Shown: one piece after another, positions 46,174-57,339 of the stretch
Layout of the letters: the number at the start of each line of letters is the position of its first letter
How positions within the stretch are numbered: position 1 is the first letter of the stretch
From: Tetramitus jugosus
Taxonomy: Eukaryota; Protista; Heterolobosea
DNA: 64,000 nt
NCBI GenBank assembly: GCA_937625935.1
Contig: OW569381.1
Location: forward strand, 310,001-374,000
Reading direction: 5' to 3'
Notes under the pieces: model-generated
Told to the model about the DNA's origin: nothing
Databases searched by the model: none
The model's input: the letters and a program-made list of their open reading frames with translations, nothing else
Position numbers and translations under genes: made by a program

Positions 46174-49100
46174 ATGTCAACATCAAACGGAGTTGTCTCC
46201 AACACACATCCGTTGGTCGAACTATCCTCTGGACATGATACTGCGACATCAAGGGTATCAAACTCCTCTCCACTTGAGAATAATCTTATCAATCACAGCA
46301 ACAGCAACAACAACAATCCACAATCTGTTGTCGAATTTGGTGATCCTACGAACAGCAACAGCAGCACTAGTAATAACAGCAGAAGAAAAACAGTCTTACT
46401 CTCATCACCTTCTTCTTCGCCCTTATTAGTTCCACCACTTTCACCAAAAAGCACATCCGCAGCAACATCCACATCGAATTACTCATCTGGTGCGAGACGT
46501 TTATTGCTTGTTCCCAATACAAAACCGCGTATTGCTGAAGTTACACTATCCAATTATCAAAACTATTCATTTTTACCGTTTCATTTCACAAACAGCAACA
46601 GCAACAACAGTAGTAAATCAACTCTTGTGAATCAGAATTATTGTGAAAGTCACCTTATTGAACTATTGACCAATCAACTGCTACAAATTTATTCATTGGA
46701 GGAACAACCACCACAACCGCACGAGAACACTACAACAACTATAACAACAATAATCGATTCACAATCATTATTTGAATCAGAGCAACAACAAGTAACATCT
46801 TTAGAAAAAATAACAACAATGGAATCTCATCAAATTGACTACAATCATCCAGTCGTAAAAACATTCCTAGACAACATTAACAACACATTGCAGTGTGCAT
46901 CTACGAGTGGCACTGATGCAAAGACATATGATACCATATGGCTTCAAATGGGTAACAAGGATCTTGCTACTGTATTTCTCACTGTTCTCATGGGAAAACT
47001 ATTGTTGACTGAACAGAGAGCCATACAGTACAGACAAAAGAGAAGGGAAATGGAACCATCAACGATCAATGATGGTGGTGATGTTTCGAACAGCAACAAC
47101 ACCAATGATGATTTCAATGAACTCAACAACAACAATAATAATACAAACAATAATAATAATAACAGTGGCAATGGACTTGGTGCTATTGCCAACAGCGCAA
47201 ATAACAACAGTGGACTCAATTTAAATGCAAGCAACAACAATGATCAAGACGATTTTTCTGTTCAAGAGGTATGAAGAGAGATGGAGTGAATAGGCATGCT
47301 TATGTTCATGCTTGTGTGTGTGTGTTTGTGTGTTTTGATATAGTTTCTGTGTTGACCATTTGTGCTCACACCATGGTCCAAACATTGCATATGAATGCAA
47401 ATACAATACACGTGTGTATATCATATAGGTTGTTGATTTGTTGCAATTGGGAACACACAAGTTTGATCCTCAACATCCATTGTTGATCAAGAGAAAGGAA
47501 TCAATCAAAAAGAGGTACTTTTATCATTGTGCAATTGCTTTTTCACTGTTTGTTGTCACTCACCCAATCACTCATTCACTCACTCAATCACTTTTCATAT
47601 TATTGATGACTATAATAACTTAGACGTGCAAGAAGTTTGGTGATACAGACAGAGGAGACACTGTCAAAGGAGGATGTGGAGCGTGCAGTGAGTGCCAATC
47701 AAGAAGCCATGTTGGGTAGTGGTGGTGATGATTCATCAGATGGCCCCAATGTTGTTTCCTATGGAGATTTCTCTGCGACACGTGATGACAGTATTGACGA
47801 ACGCATCAACTTCCATTTCAACACAAGTCTCCAGAACGATAGAGGACTCTTTTCAGAGAAACAGTTCAGAGAGAGAACTGCAATCATGAACTCTATTCTC
47901 TATGTTTCACTGTTTTATCGATTTGACCACTTGAATCCATCGCTGTTGGATGTCATGGACAAGTGGAGACAAACTAGAACACAACAAGTTCAACAAAACA
48001 CACAAATCGTGTCTGACAATGTGTCTGATGAGATGAGAGATGTTTTGTGTCCTCCAATCGAGGCACTGTACAAGTATTTGCAATTGTGTGCTGATTATGA
48101 TGTTGTGAGTGATATGGATGTGACATTGAGGCCTCAATTGAGCACAAGCGATCCATTGGCTACGATTGGTAGCTACGTGTACACTAGATTGCAGACCATT
48201 TGTCGGATTCCAAGGTACACTGAGAACGTGTTGGGTGATTTGATCATTTTGCTGAGATCTTGCTCCACCAATCAAGCCTACCTGTCTGACCATTATGACC
48301 CTATTGCACTCAAGAACTCACTGAATTTGACAAAGCTCATTCTGTCTCAATTGTACATTGAACGAGAGTCGCCAAAGTTGGCTGAACTGTCTGGTGTTTT
48401 GAAGGCCTATTTCCTTGAGCCACTACCAATTGGAGCGATGGTACATGATGTTTTGCGCATGTGTCAACAATTACAAAAGGATCCTGGTTGTCTTATGAGA
48501 GAGCGATTTGAGAGGTCGATTAGACAGTGCAAGGACCCAAAGAATGGTATTGATAAGATTGACAGACCTCGCAAAGTTTATGTCTTTTACAATCCATTGT
48601 CAAAGAAGGCTCATCACCTGCTCGATCGTATTGATATTTATCCTGATGGAACAGCTCATTTTGACATTGTTGCTACAAAGGCCAATCTCGTATTGAACGT
48701 CTTTTCTCAATCAGGCAACAATGATCTTGTGGCTGCAAGTCATGAGTTGTATCAAAAAGTGCTTCCTGAGACTCTGGCCCAACAGTATGCCAAAGCCACA
48801 AAGAACAGTCTGAATCCAGCTGAACTCAAATTCCTAAAGGACGAGCTTCTCAAGCACCCAGCACAGACAACACCACCAACATACAAGAGATGTGAGTCAC
48901 CAAAGATGCCAGAGGCAGAGTTTGAATACATTGCACTTCCAGAGGAGAGAAATCTTGCCGAATTGGAGAGAGAAGCCAAAATCTTCCCTCGATGTGGATT
49001 CTACAGCAAATTGCTTAATGTACTAGACAGAGCAAGAAACGAGTCTGGATTACCAAGTGACTCTGACGAAACTCTAATGGTAGATGTTGCTATTGCTGGA

Positions 49101-50174
49101 GGCAGTGGTACTCTTCAATACTTTGTTCATTCACTGTTTTTGGCTAATCGCTTAAAGGTATTGACTGAGAAGAGACCACAGATTGACTTCAAAGTGTTCC
49201 TGATACCATTAGGAGAGAACAATTATTTGTCCAATTGGCTGGAGAAGTATGATGGATGGTTCTCGCGACACGTTCATCAGCCAATACAGTCCTCACTGCC
49301 ACTTCTCCCCTATTTGAGAACATCTAATGCCAACAGAGCAATCATTGCTCGATCGAATATGAAACTGGCACGAGAGTCGACGATCAAGAGAAGCAACACA
49401 GTTATTATGACGAGTGGAAAGAGATATGCGCCTCTTGATGCTGCAATAATCACACAATACAAGCCTCCAAAGAAGTTCTTGACTCCTCACAGATTCATGG
49501 AGAGTATGTTGAGTGATTTTGTGACTGATGCCAGCACCTCATATCCAGTTCACATTTATAACGCACAATTCCTATGTAATGAAGTGGTGACGATCACTGA
49601 TCCAAGTGGAGGCAACAAGACCAGTCAGCAAAAGTCGAGAAAAGTGAAGGAATATATTTCACTGTCCTTCTGTCAGAGAATCGACATTGGTATTGTCGCG
49701 GATGCCTATCAATTTGCCAAGGACGAAAGAATCGAGGGCACACCATTGGAGGAATTGTTGTGTCACAGAAATTTCAGGTATCAAGCTCCACCATTGTCTG
49801 TCAGCTATGTTCCAATGGATCCAACAGGTGAAATCAATCGATCCTCTGAGATTAACGAACAATCCAAGGTTTATCAGAACATCTCCATCATATCATGCAG
49901 TTCGTTTGGAGATCGAGGCAGTTTGGTCAGCCCAAGTCAACCTTGGCTCGAAGTGTTCGCTGAGAACATAACAACAAAGAAGAAATCCAAACTAAGAGAC
50001 TGTGACCTCGGTACTAATTATCATGTTGGTAGCATTAGTATCGAAAGTACAACTCATCAACAATTCAGTGTACTATTGGATGGAGAGCTGTATGGACCAT
50101 TCCACAAGATGATCATCAATGCATCCACCCAAACATTCAACCTACAGACATTCTCCAATATCGACGTGTACTAA
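46174..50174 (+). CDS. PI3K class IB regulatory subunit p101/p87-like protein (PACS-type C-terminal fold); exons 46174 (or 46819)-47268, 47462-47514, 47624-50174
   Basis: A 53-nt middle exon reconciles the frames; YFLEPLPIGAMVHDVL...KDPGCLMRERF...VYVFYNP; VDVAIAGG; FKVFLIPLGENNYLSNWLEKYDGWFSRHV; FSVLLDGE. Confidence 0.62.
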
Positions 50175-50283
50175 ATCAAACTCACCAGAGTAAACTAATT
50201 TCTCCTCCTATGCCGAATTTTTACTGCTTCTTTCTACAGTTTTTTTTGAATCAGCATGATAAAAAGAACAAGAAAAAAAAGAT

Positions 50284-51028
50284 ATGACCACTGTATCTCC
50301 ATCTCTCTCAATAGGAACTCCAAGGAGGACCCTATCTCCTATTCATACGAGCTTGTCACCTCTCCGATTGAGCACTCCACGGAGTGCCTCTTCTCCGAGC
50401 AGATCGAATGGAACTCCAATGAAGTCATTCCATCATCATGTTGCATCATCTACTTCTGTCAGTAGACTAACAAACTCTTCTCAAGATATATTCTCTAGAC
50501 ATGACTTATTGATCAAGCAGGTATGCAGCACTTTGAGTTCTTTATTTCCAAAACCTCACATTCTCATACCCCCTTCAATTCTTCCTCTCATAGATGGATC
50601 GCCAAAGAGCTGAGGTGTTCCAAAGAATTCAAGAACGAGTACAAAGAGCAAAGAATGTGACTCAACAGTGTTCTGACCAGATTCACTTACTCACTTCACA
50701 AATCGCTCAAATGGAAGATAAGATTGCAGAAACAAGAGAGTTTCACTTCAAGAATGTACTTTTAGGATCAATGACTCTTAGTGGGAATGGCACGGAGTCA
50801 TTTGATGACGACCTGGAAGGAGATGAAGAGTTTAATGATGTATCCTTCAAAGCCTCTCCAATGAAGGCAACCACCAACTCAATGCACACTCACCATGACA
50901 CTGTGTCTAATCTGTCCGATGAAAGCATGGAAAACTTTGATCAAGAAGTGAGAGATGCTGAAGAACTCTTCGAGGAGGAACCCTTGGCAGACATTGGAAA
51001 GGAATTGAACAACTCCGAACATGTCTAG
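50284..51028 (+). CDS. Hypothetical S/P-rich + coiled-coil protein; exons 50284-50520, 50594-51028
   Basis: Phase-0 intron GTATGC...CATAG joins two ORFs; AATAAA downstream. Confidence 0.65.
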
Positions 51029-51376
51029 CGGACGTTGATCACCCAATAAAGTGAATCACCGACTCCAAAAATCTTCATTTCCCCCAACAAGAAATCTTCA
51101 GACATTGTCATTCAGGGGACTGTGGGAGGATCAAATTCAAAACGCAGCCGAATAGCAACCCCTCCGTAATCAGATATCAAGCTAAAGCAGGCGAGATTCA
51201 CCAGCTGGAAGGTGGTGGAAAAACAAACTAAAAACCTGGTGTTGGGAATGGTGTGTGCTGCTCTGAAAGAAAAAAGTTCACACGCAAGATAGAGCCGCCA
51301 GCACAGAGAATCACACAAACAACAAACAAACAAACAACACAAACAAAAAAGTCACATTGCACTTTTGACACACAAA

Positions 51377-53254
51377 ATGACAATCAACAACAATGATGAA
51401 GAAATGAATGGTAGTGATTCAAGTACCACCACGACTACTACCACACCAACAACAACAACAACAATAACACCAACAACAATAACAACAACCGCAGTCAAGA
51501 AGAGAAAGTATAATGAAGCATGTACAGAATGCAGAAGATCACACAAGGCTTGTTCAGGTGCCAGACCATGTGAACGGTGCATCAAGATGAACATGGCTGA
51601 CAAGTGTAAATCAATGGAGAGAAAACAGAGAATCATGTCCAGCAAGAGATGGTACAATTATCAAGTGAATCAACAAGACGATGGTAGTGTATCCATTCAG
51701 AATAGATACACGAGAGAAGATGTTCCCATTACTCCTGATGATTATGATGATCATGATGATGATACTCCTACTAGTAGTACGACTTCTGCTGCTGCTGCTA
51801 CTGCTGCAACTGGTAGTGATACTAGTACTACTAGTACTAGTACAAAGAGTGATAATAGCAATAGTAGTCATCCAACATTCACACACTATTTGGACAGAGG
51901 AGGTGGACGACATGGATCATCATCATTTGGTGACTCGTGTCTAGGACTAGGTGGTGGTGGTGGTGGTGTTACTAGTTGTCCAGTGGCTCATCATTCATCA
52001 TCAAGCACAAGTGCTGCAATGATGCACCATCGTTACTCTCATGATCGCTCAACACCATCATCATCATCATCGAATGCCATTGGTTATGCACCTCATATGA
52101 TGAGTCACAATAGTAGTAGTAGTAGTCATAGTAGTGCTGCTCCTCCTACTCATTCTCCTCATCGTTCCTATCACTACAATTACAGTACAGCTGCTGCAGC
52201 TGCTGCTCTTCAAAAGAATAGACATCATCCCTACCAATATCATCCTTCTTCACACTATCATCCATCACTATCATCATCATCATCACCATTGCCATTGCCA
52301 TCACCCTCATTGCAACCACATCAGTATCCACACTTGTCATCATCATATGATCGGTATGGACCACCACCACCTTCACCTTCACCGTATCATCGATACACCA
52401 GTCATCATCAACACCATTACCCTCATCCATATGATGCTGATGGTGATCATCGAATGTCATCAACACCATCTACACCGACGACACCTCTATCAGCAACATC
52501 ATCAATTGCAACAACACCAACAACACCAATTGCATCACAGTGTCCTCACTATTATGATCAATGTTTTGGTAGTCACAGTCATCCTCATCCTCATTCTCAA
52601 CAACATTCTCAACATTATGCCCACAATCATTATTCCATGATGGACAGACACTATCACCATCATCATCAACAGCAACAACAGCAACAACAACAACATTTGT
52701 CATATAGAGATCGATACTATCGCGCATCTCCTGCTGCTCCTCATCATAGACACTATCAGTATCATCCATCATCTTCATCATCGTCCTATTCTCTACCACC
52801 ATCATCACTGGCATCCTATTGCCCTCATCTCAACTTGTCTGTGCCTACACCATCCATTGCTCATCATCATAACAGTAGCCATAACAATAGTAGAACAGTA
52901 CAATCAAGTACACCAGCTTATCGTACTACATCATGTGCTGCTTCTTTGAATCCTAGTGATGATACTGATAAATCATCAATCGCAACATCTGATGATAAGA
53001 TGGATAATCATAAGCACAAGGTGCCATCACCCATTGCATCACTATCATCACTATCATCATCATCATCGCCAACAACAACATGCAGTATGATGAATGATGT
53101 TTCTTTGAACACAACAAATACGACTGTGAAGAATACGGCACCATCGCCATTATCATCACCTCGACTACCGAGTATACATGAGATGATGAGTTTGCAACCA
53201 TCATCTGCTTCTTCTGCTTCTTCCACTACTACTACAACGACATCATCCCTATAA
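51377..53254 (+). CDS. Zn(II)2Cys6 binuclear-cluster transcription factor
   Basis: ACTECRRSHKACSGARPCERCIKMNMADKC preceded by KKRK; long H/S/P/Y low-complexity tail. Confidence 0.88.
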   Translation: MTINNNDEEMNGSDSSTTTTTTTPTTTTTITPTTITTTAVKKRKYNEACTECRRSHKACSGARPCERCIKMNMADKCKSMERKQRIMSSKRWYNYQVNQQDDGSVSIQNRYTREDVPITPDDYDDHDDDTPTSSTTSAAAATAATGSDTSTTSTSTKSDNSNSSHPTFTHYLDRGGGRHGSSSFGDSCLGLGGGGGGVTSCPVAHHSSSSTSAAMMHHRYSHDRSTPSSSSSNAIGYAPHMMSHNSSSSSHSSAAPPTHSPHRSYHYNYSTAAAAAALQKNRHHPYQYHPSSHYHPSLSSSSSPLPLPSPSLQPHQYPHLSSSYDRYGPPPPSPSPYHRYTSHHQHHYPHPYDADGDHRMSSTPSTPTTPLSATSSIATTPTTPIASQCPHYYDQCFGSHSHPHPHSQQHSQHYAHNHYSMMDRHYHHHHQQQQQQQQQHLSYRDRYYRASPAAPHHRHYQYHPSSSSSSYSLPPSSLASYCPHLNLSVPTPSIAHHHNSSHNNSRTVQSSTPAYRTTSCAASLNPSDDTDKSSIATSDDKMDNHKHKVPSPIASLSSLSSSSSPTTTCSMMNDVSLNTTNTTVKNTAPSPLSSPRLPSIHEMMSLQPSSASSASSTTTTTTSSL

Positions 53255-53621
53255 ACTTATTTTTTAGTTCGTGTTTGTTGTTGTTGTGTTCGTCATCAGA
53301 TTCGAAATACAATCTCAGGTCCAGTTCTCTGACTGGGGGAAATCCATCATGCGCATGCGGACCATTCCCCACCAAGAAAACAACCAATCAGAACCGACAG
53401 TTCGTGTTTGCCAATTTTTTCACATGTTGTTCCACACACGTGAATGACCAAAAAACAATAACAACAATAACAACATTTATCCTTCACACAATCAATATTT
53501 ATTTTTGAAGAAAACAGAGACAGACATTGTGACCGTCAACTCCACATCCATTCCAACCAAACTCTCACCACACACACACATGAGACACACATAATTTGAT
53601 GAACACGTACACAAAAAAATA

Positions 53622-56600
53622 ATGAGAAACAATCAACGCTTTCAACAACAACAGAAATCAAAGAAAACAGCCAAACACTATCTCATTTATGTGAGAAATG
53701 TAATTCTTCAGATTGCAGTCTTTCTCATCAATCTTCTCGACTTTGTATTGTATTACGCAATTGCTTGTATACGGTTGTTGAACCAGTTGCGCATTCGAAT
53801 CCTACTATTTGTTCATTCCATTACGACACTCTATGACAACAATCATAACAATCATGTTCATACTATGAATGATCAGACAAATGATATGAATGATAGTAGT
53901 AGCCGCAACAACAAGTGGAGTGATATGAATTGTTATCCCTATGTTTTGAACAAGGTACTATCATCACCATCCTTTGCATCATCACCACCACCTATATTAT
54001 CATCATCATCATCATCATCAACAACAGCACCCAATTCATCATCATCCATCATTAGTGATCTCCAGGGCATATTCAATGATCGATTATTGTATTCTGACAT
54101 TTATGTTGATTCCATGACCAAAACACCACCACATCATCACAATCATCATCACAATCAACAGGAGAAGAGTACTGTTATTCTATCACAGAGTTCTCTCTTG
54201 TCATCACATTCATCATCCAATGGTTCATCACAATCACAATCACCACCACCTACACAATTGAAGGCATTGAAACCATTGACAATGAATCATAGGACAATTG
54301 AAACACTGGATCAATTGTTTGATGCATGTGTAGAGAGATTTAGTCATCGATTGTGTCTCGGTGTTCGATCATCTCACTCTCCTCAATATCATTATTACAC
54401 CTATGGACAAATCAATCAACAATTGCAGTGTTTGATACAATCGATTCAACGACATGTCATTATTCCATCTTCATCATCATCATCGCCATCATCATCACCA
54501 TCATCATCAACTCATTATCACCCATATCCACATCAGTATCAACATTATCAGATGCCATCTGCTTCTTCTTCACCTTTATCATCATCATCATTATTCACTT
54601 CTCCAATGTCATCATCACCATCATCATCATCATTCACATCCAATGCATCATCACCACAGTTGTTGTTTGGCATGTTTGAAGAAACAAGATTAGAATCACT
54701 CTTGTTCCTCCAAATGTGCTTCCATTGCAACATACCTGTCGTCACAGTGTATGCCAATCTAGGTGATGAGGCATTGATTAGTGCCATTCATGAAACCAAA
54801 GTATCACTCATATTGATCAATGAACAGCAATTGTCAAAGTATGAACAATTGATTCTCAACAGATCATGTCACTCTATTCGAACCATTATTCTCATTAGAC
54901 AACAAGAATCACAATCATCATCAACTACCATGTATTCACATTCTGATAGTGATTATGACAATGATGATCATCAAATGACGAACGGTACGAGTAGTGGTAG
55001 TGGTGGACAACAACGACAAATGAGTGACATGATACACTCACTCAACAATCATCAGATTTCAGTGTATTACTATGATCAATTGATACTTGAACAACAACAA
55101 CAACAACTGCATGCAACAAGTATTGTGCGGTCAAAGCCCCATGATACAGCACTCATCATGTACACGAGTGGTACAGTAGATGTCCCGCGAGGTGTCATGT
55201 TATCACATGAGAATTTGTTGACATCTGTATTGTCTGTCGATATAGGACTGTATGCTCATGACCCATCTCACATTCATCACCATTTGCATTCTCTCCTCAA
55301 GAATCATCATGGTGGAGATTATGATGTGGATCACGATGTGGATGATGTGGATGATGATAGTAGTAGTAGTAGTCATAGTAGTAGTAATACTAGTAGTCGG
55401 AGTAGTCATACGAATAGTAGTGTGGATGAAGATGAAGGGAATCAGAGTGTCTATTGTGCGTTCTTGCCCTTGTCTCACATTTTAGAAGTTGTTGCAGAGC
55501 ATGTCATACTGTACAGAGGTGGACGAATCGGTTACTCGTCTCCCAAGACACTACTCCCCAGAACCATTTCTCTCAATCATCCTCATCATCAACTTTATTC
55601 AACTACTGCCGGTAATGGTAAGAATAATACGAATACAACCATTACAACAACAACAACAATAGGTGATTTACAATTGATACGACCAACATTGTTAATTGCA
55701 GTTCCACGTGTCTATGAAGGCATCAGAAGAAACATATTGGACCATATTCAACAACATAGGAATCAATTGTTTCAACTCTTGTTCCACCATGCCTACCAGA
55801 GCAAGCGCAGAGCACTGCTGTTGCAGCACAGGGATACTCCACTGTGGAATTTTTTGATTTTCAATCGTTTAAAGAATGATGCCAAAATGGCCAGCCACTC
55901 CATTCGATTGTTCCTCTCTGGTGGAGCACCACTGAGCAAGGAGACACAAGAGTTTATGAGAATATGCTTCAGTTGTCCCGTGTTGCAAGGTTATGGATTG
56001 ACAGAGACGAGTGCATCGTGCATGGTACAGAATGTCTATCATCCTTTTCAATCGCAGAGTGTAGGTTGTCCGATGGCTGGTGCTCAAATTCGTCTCGTGC
56101 CCGTACCAGACATGAACTACCACGTCTCAGCCACTCCACTCCAGTCATCATCATTGAGTCACAGTAGTGGTGGAATTGCTCATTACTTGTACTCATCACA
56201 CAGTCAATCAAAGGGATTTTATCGATTTCGTCGATTCCCCATTGGCAATCGTGGTCATCATCACCATCAGTCACAGTATGACACCGCAGGTAGAGATTCC
56301 AACTTTGACTATGATCCTCATCACGGTTCCTCTTCGTGCGGTGAGATACAAGTCAAAGGCCCCACACTCTTCCAAGGCTATTTCCAGAGACCTGATCAAA
56401 CAGAGCAGGCATTTACATGGGATGGCTGGTTCTGTACCGGTGATATTGGTCAACTAAATTCCAATGGTACATTCTCCATCATTGACCGGAAGAAGAATCT
56501 GGTCAAGTTGTCACACGGAGAGTACATTGCACTGGAGAGACTGGAGAATATCTATGCACATTCACCGTTTGTTTCACCTCAGGGCATTTGTGTCTATGGT

Positions 56601-57008
56601 GACAGTTACAGAGATTATCCCGTGGCCATCATTCTTCCACAGCGCACATATCTGATTGCATGGGCACAACAGAACAATATTGATTTTAATCACATTGAAG
56701 AACTGTGCACGAACAAGAGAGTGTTGAAGGCTGTGCTCGAAGATTTGCGCTTATGTGGTCAGAGAGCTGGATTAAAGCGGTTCGAGATTGTGCGCAATGT
56801 ACGATTGCTAATGGATGAGTGGACCGTGGACAATGGATTGTTGACTGGTACAATGAAGATGAAGCGAAATGTCTTGGTGAAGCACTACAAGACGCACATT
56901 GATGCCATGTATGGTCGAGTGCCCAACTCAAACATGCAACCATCGAGATCGCTGCCCTCCTCATCTCCTTCGTCTCTCGCAAGGAAGATGGGCTGTCATC
57001 ATCAATAA
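53622..57008 (+). CDS. Long-chain fatty acyl-CoA synthetase with many low-complexity insertions
   Basis: IMYTSGTVDVPRGVMLSHENL; FLPLSHILE; LSGGAPLS; QGYGLTET; GWFCTGDIG; IIDRKKNLVKLSHGEYIALERLE; N-terminal hydrophobic anchor. Confidence 0.93.
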   Translation: MRNNQRFQQQQKSKKTAKHYLIYVRNVILQIAVFLINLLDFVLYYAIACIRLLNQLRIRILLFVHSITTLYDNNHNNHVHTMNDQTNDMNDSSSRNNKWSDMNCYPYVLNKVLSSPSFASSPPPILSSSSSSSTTAPNSSSSIISDLQGIFNDRLLYSDIYVDSMTKTPPHHHNHHHNQQEKSTVILSQSSLLSSHSSSNGSSQSQSPPPTQLKALKPLTMNHRTIETLDQLFDACVERFSHRLCLGVRSSHSPQYHYYTYGQINQQLQCLIQSIQRHVIIPSSSSSSPSSSPSSSTHYHPYPHQYQHYQMPSASSSPLSSSSLFTSPMSSSPSSSSFTSNASSPQLLFGMFEETRLESLLFLQMCFHCNIPVVTVYANLGDEALISAIHETKVSLILINEQQLSKYEQLILNRSCHSIRTIILIRQQESQSSSTTMYSHSDSDYDNDDHQMTNGTSSGSGGQQRQMSDMIHSLNNHQISVYYYDQLILEQQQQQLHATSIVRSKPHDTALIMYTSGTVDVPRGVMLSHENLLTSVLSVDIGLYAHDPSHIHHHLHSLLKNHHGGDYDVDHDVDDVDDDSSSSSHSSSNTSSRSSHTNSSVDEDEGNQSVYCAFLPLSHILEVVAEHVILYRGGRIGYSSPKTLLPRTISLNHPHHQLYSTTAGNGKNNTNTTITTTTTIGDLQLIRPTLLIAVPRVYEGIRRNILDHIQQHRNQLFQLLFHHAYQSKRRALLLQHRDTPLWNFLIFNRLKNDAKMASHSIRLFLSGGAPLSKETQEFMRICFSCPVLQGYGLTETSASCMVQNVYHPFQSQSVGCPMAGAQIRLVPVPDMNYHVSATPLQSSSLSHSSGGIAHYLYSSHSQSKGFYRFRRFPIGNRGHHHHQSQYDTAGRDSNFDYDPHHGSSSCGEIQVKGPTLFQGYFQRPDQTEQAFTWDGWFCTGDIGQLNSNGTFSIIDRKKNLVKLSHGEYIALERLENIYAHSPFVSPQGICVYGDSYRDYPVAIILPQRTYLIAWAQQNNIDFNHIEELCTNKRVLKAVLEDLRLCGQRAGLKRFEIVRNVRLLMDEWTVDNGLLTGTMKMKRNVLVKHYKTHIDAMYGRVPNSNMQPSRSLPSSSPSSLARKMGCHHQ

Positions 57009-57339
57009 ACATCATGTAAGAGACGTTTTACAATTTTTGTGATCAGCACATCCTCCACACATGTCCATTTCCTTCCAACTGTTGACTGTCCTATATTTAT
57101 CGGACGGTTGACTTTGAAAAATAATTGGCTTGATCTTTGCCGTTTTCTCCTTATCCAAAGATTCGAGTATCACAAGCATGTGTAAAATTGCAACCAACAA
57201 CTGCATTAATTATACACTCAATTGATCATTACAAGGTACATACTGATTGAATTCACAAACTTGAGGAATACAACACAACAACAATTCAATTCATTAGATT
57301 TTGAGCAAAATTCGAGATCTTCATTCCCTTGCTAGAAAC

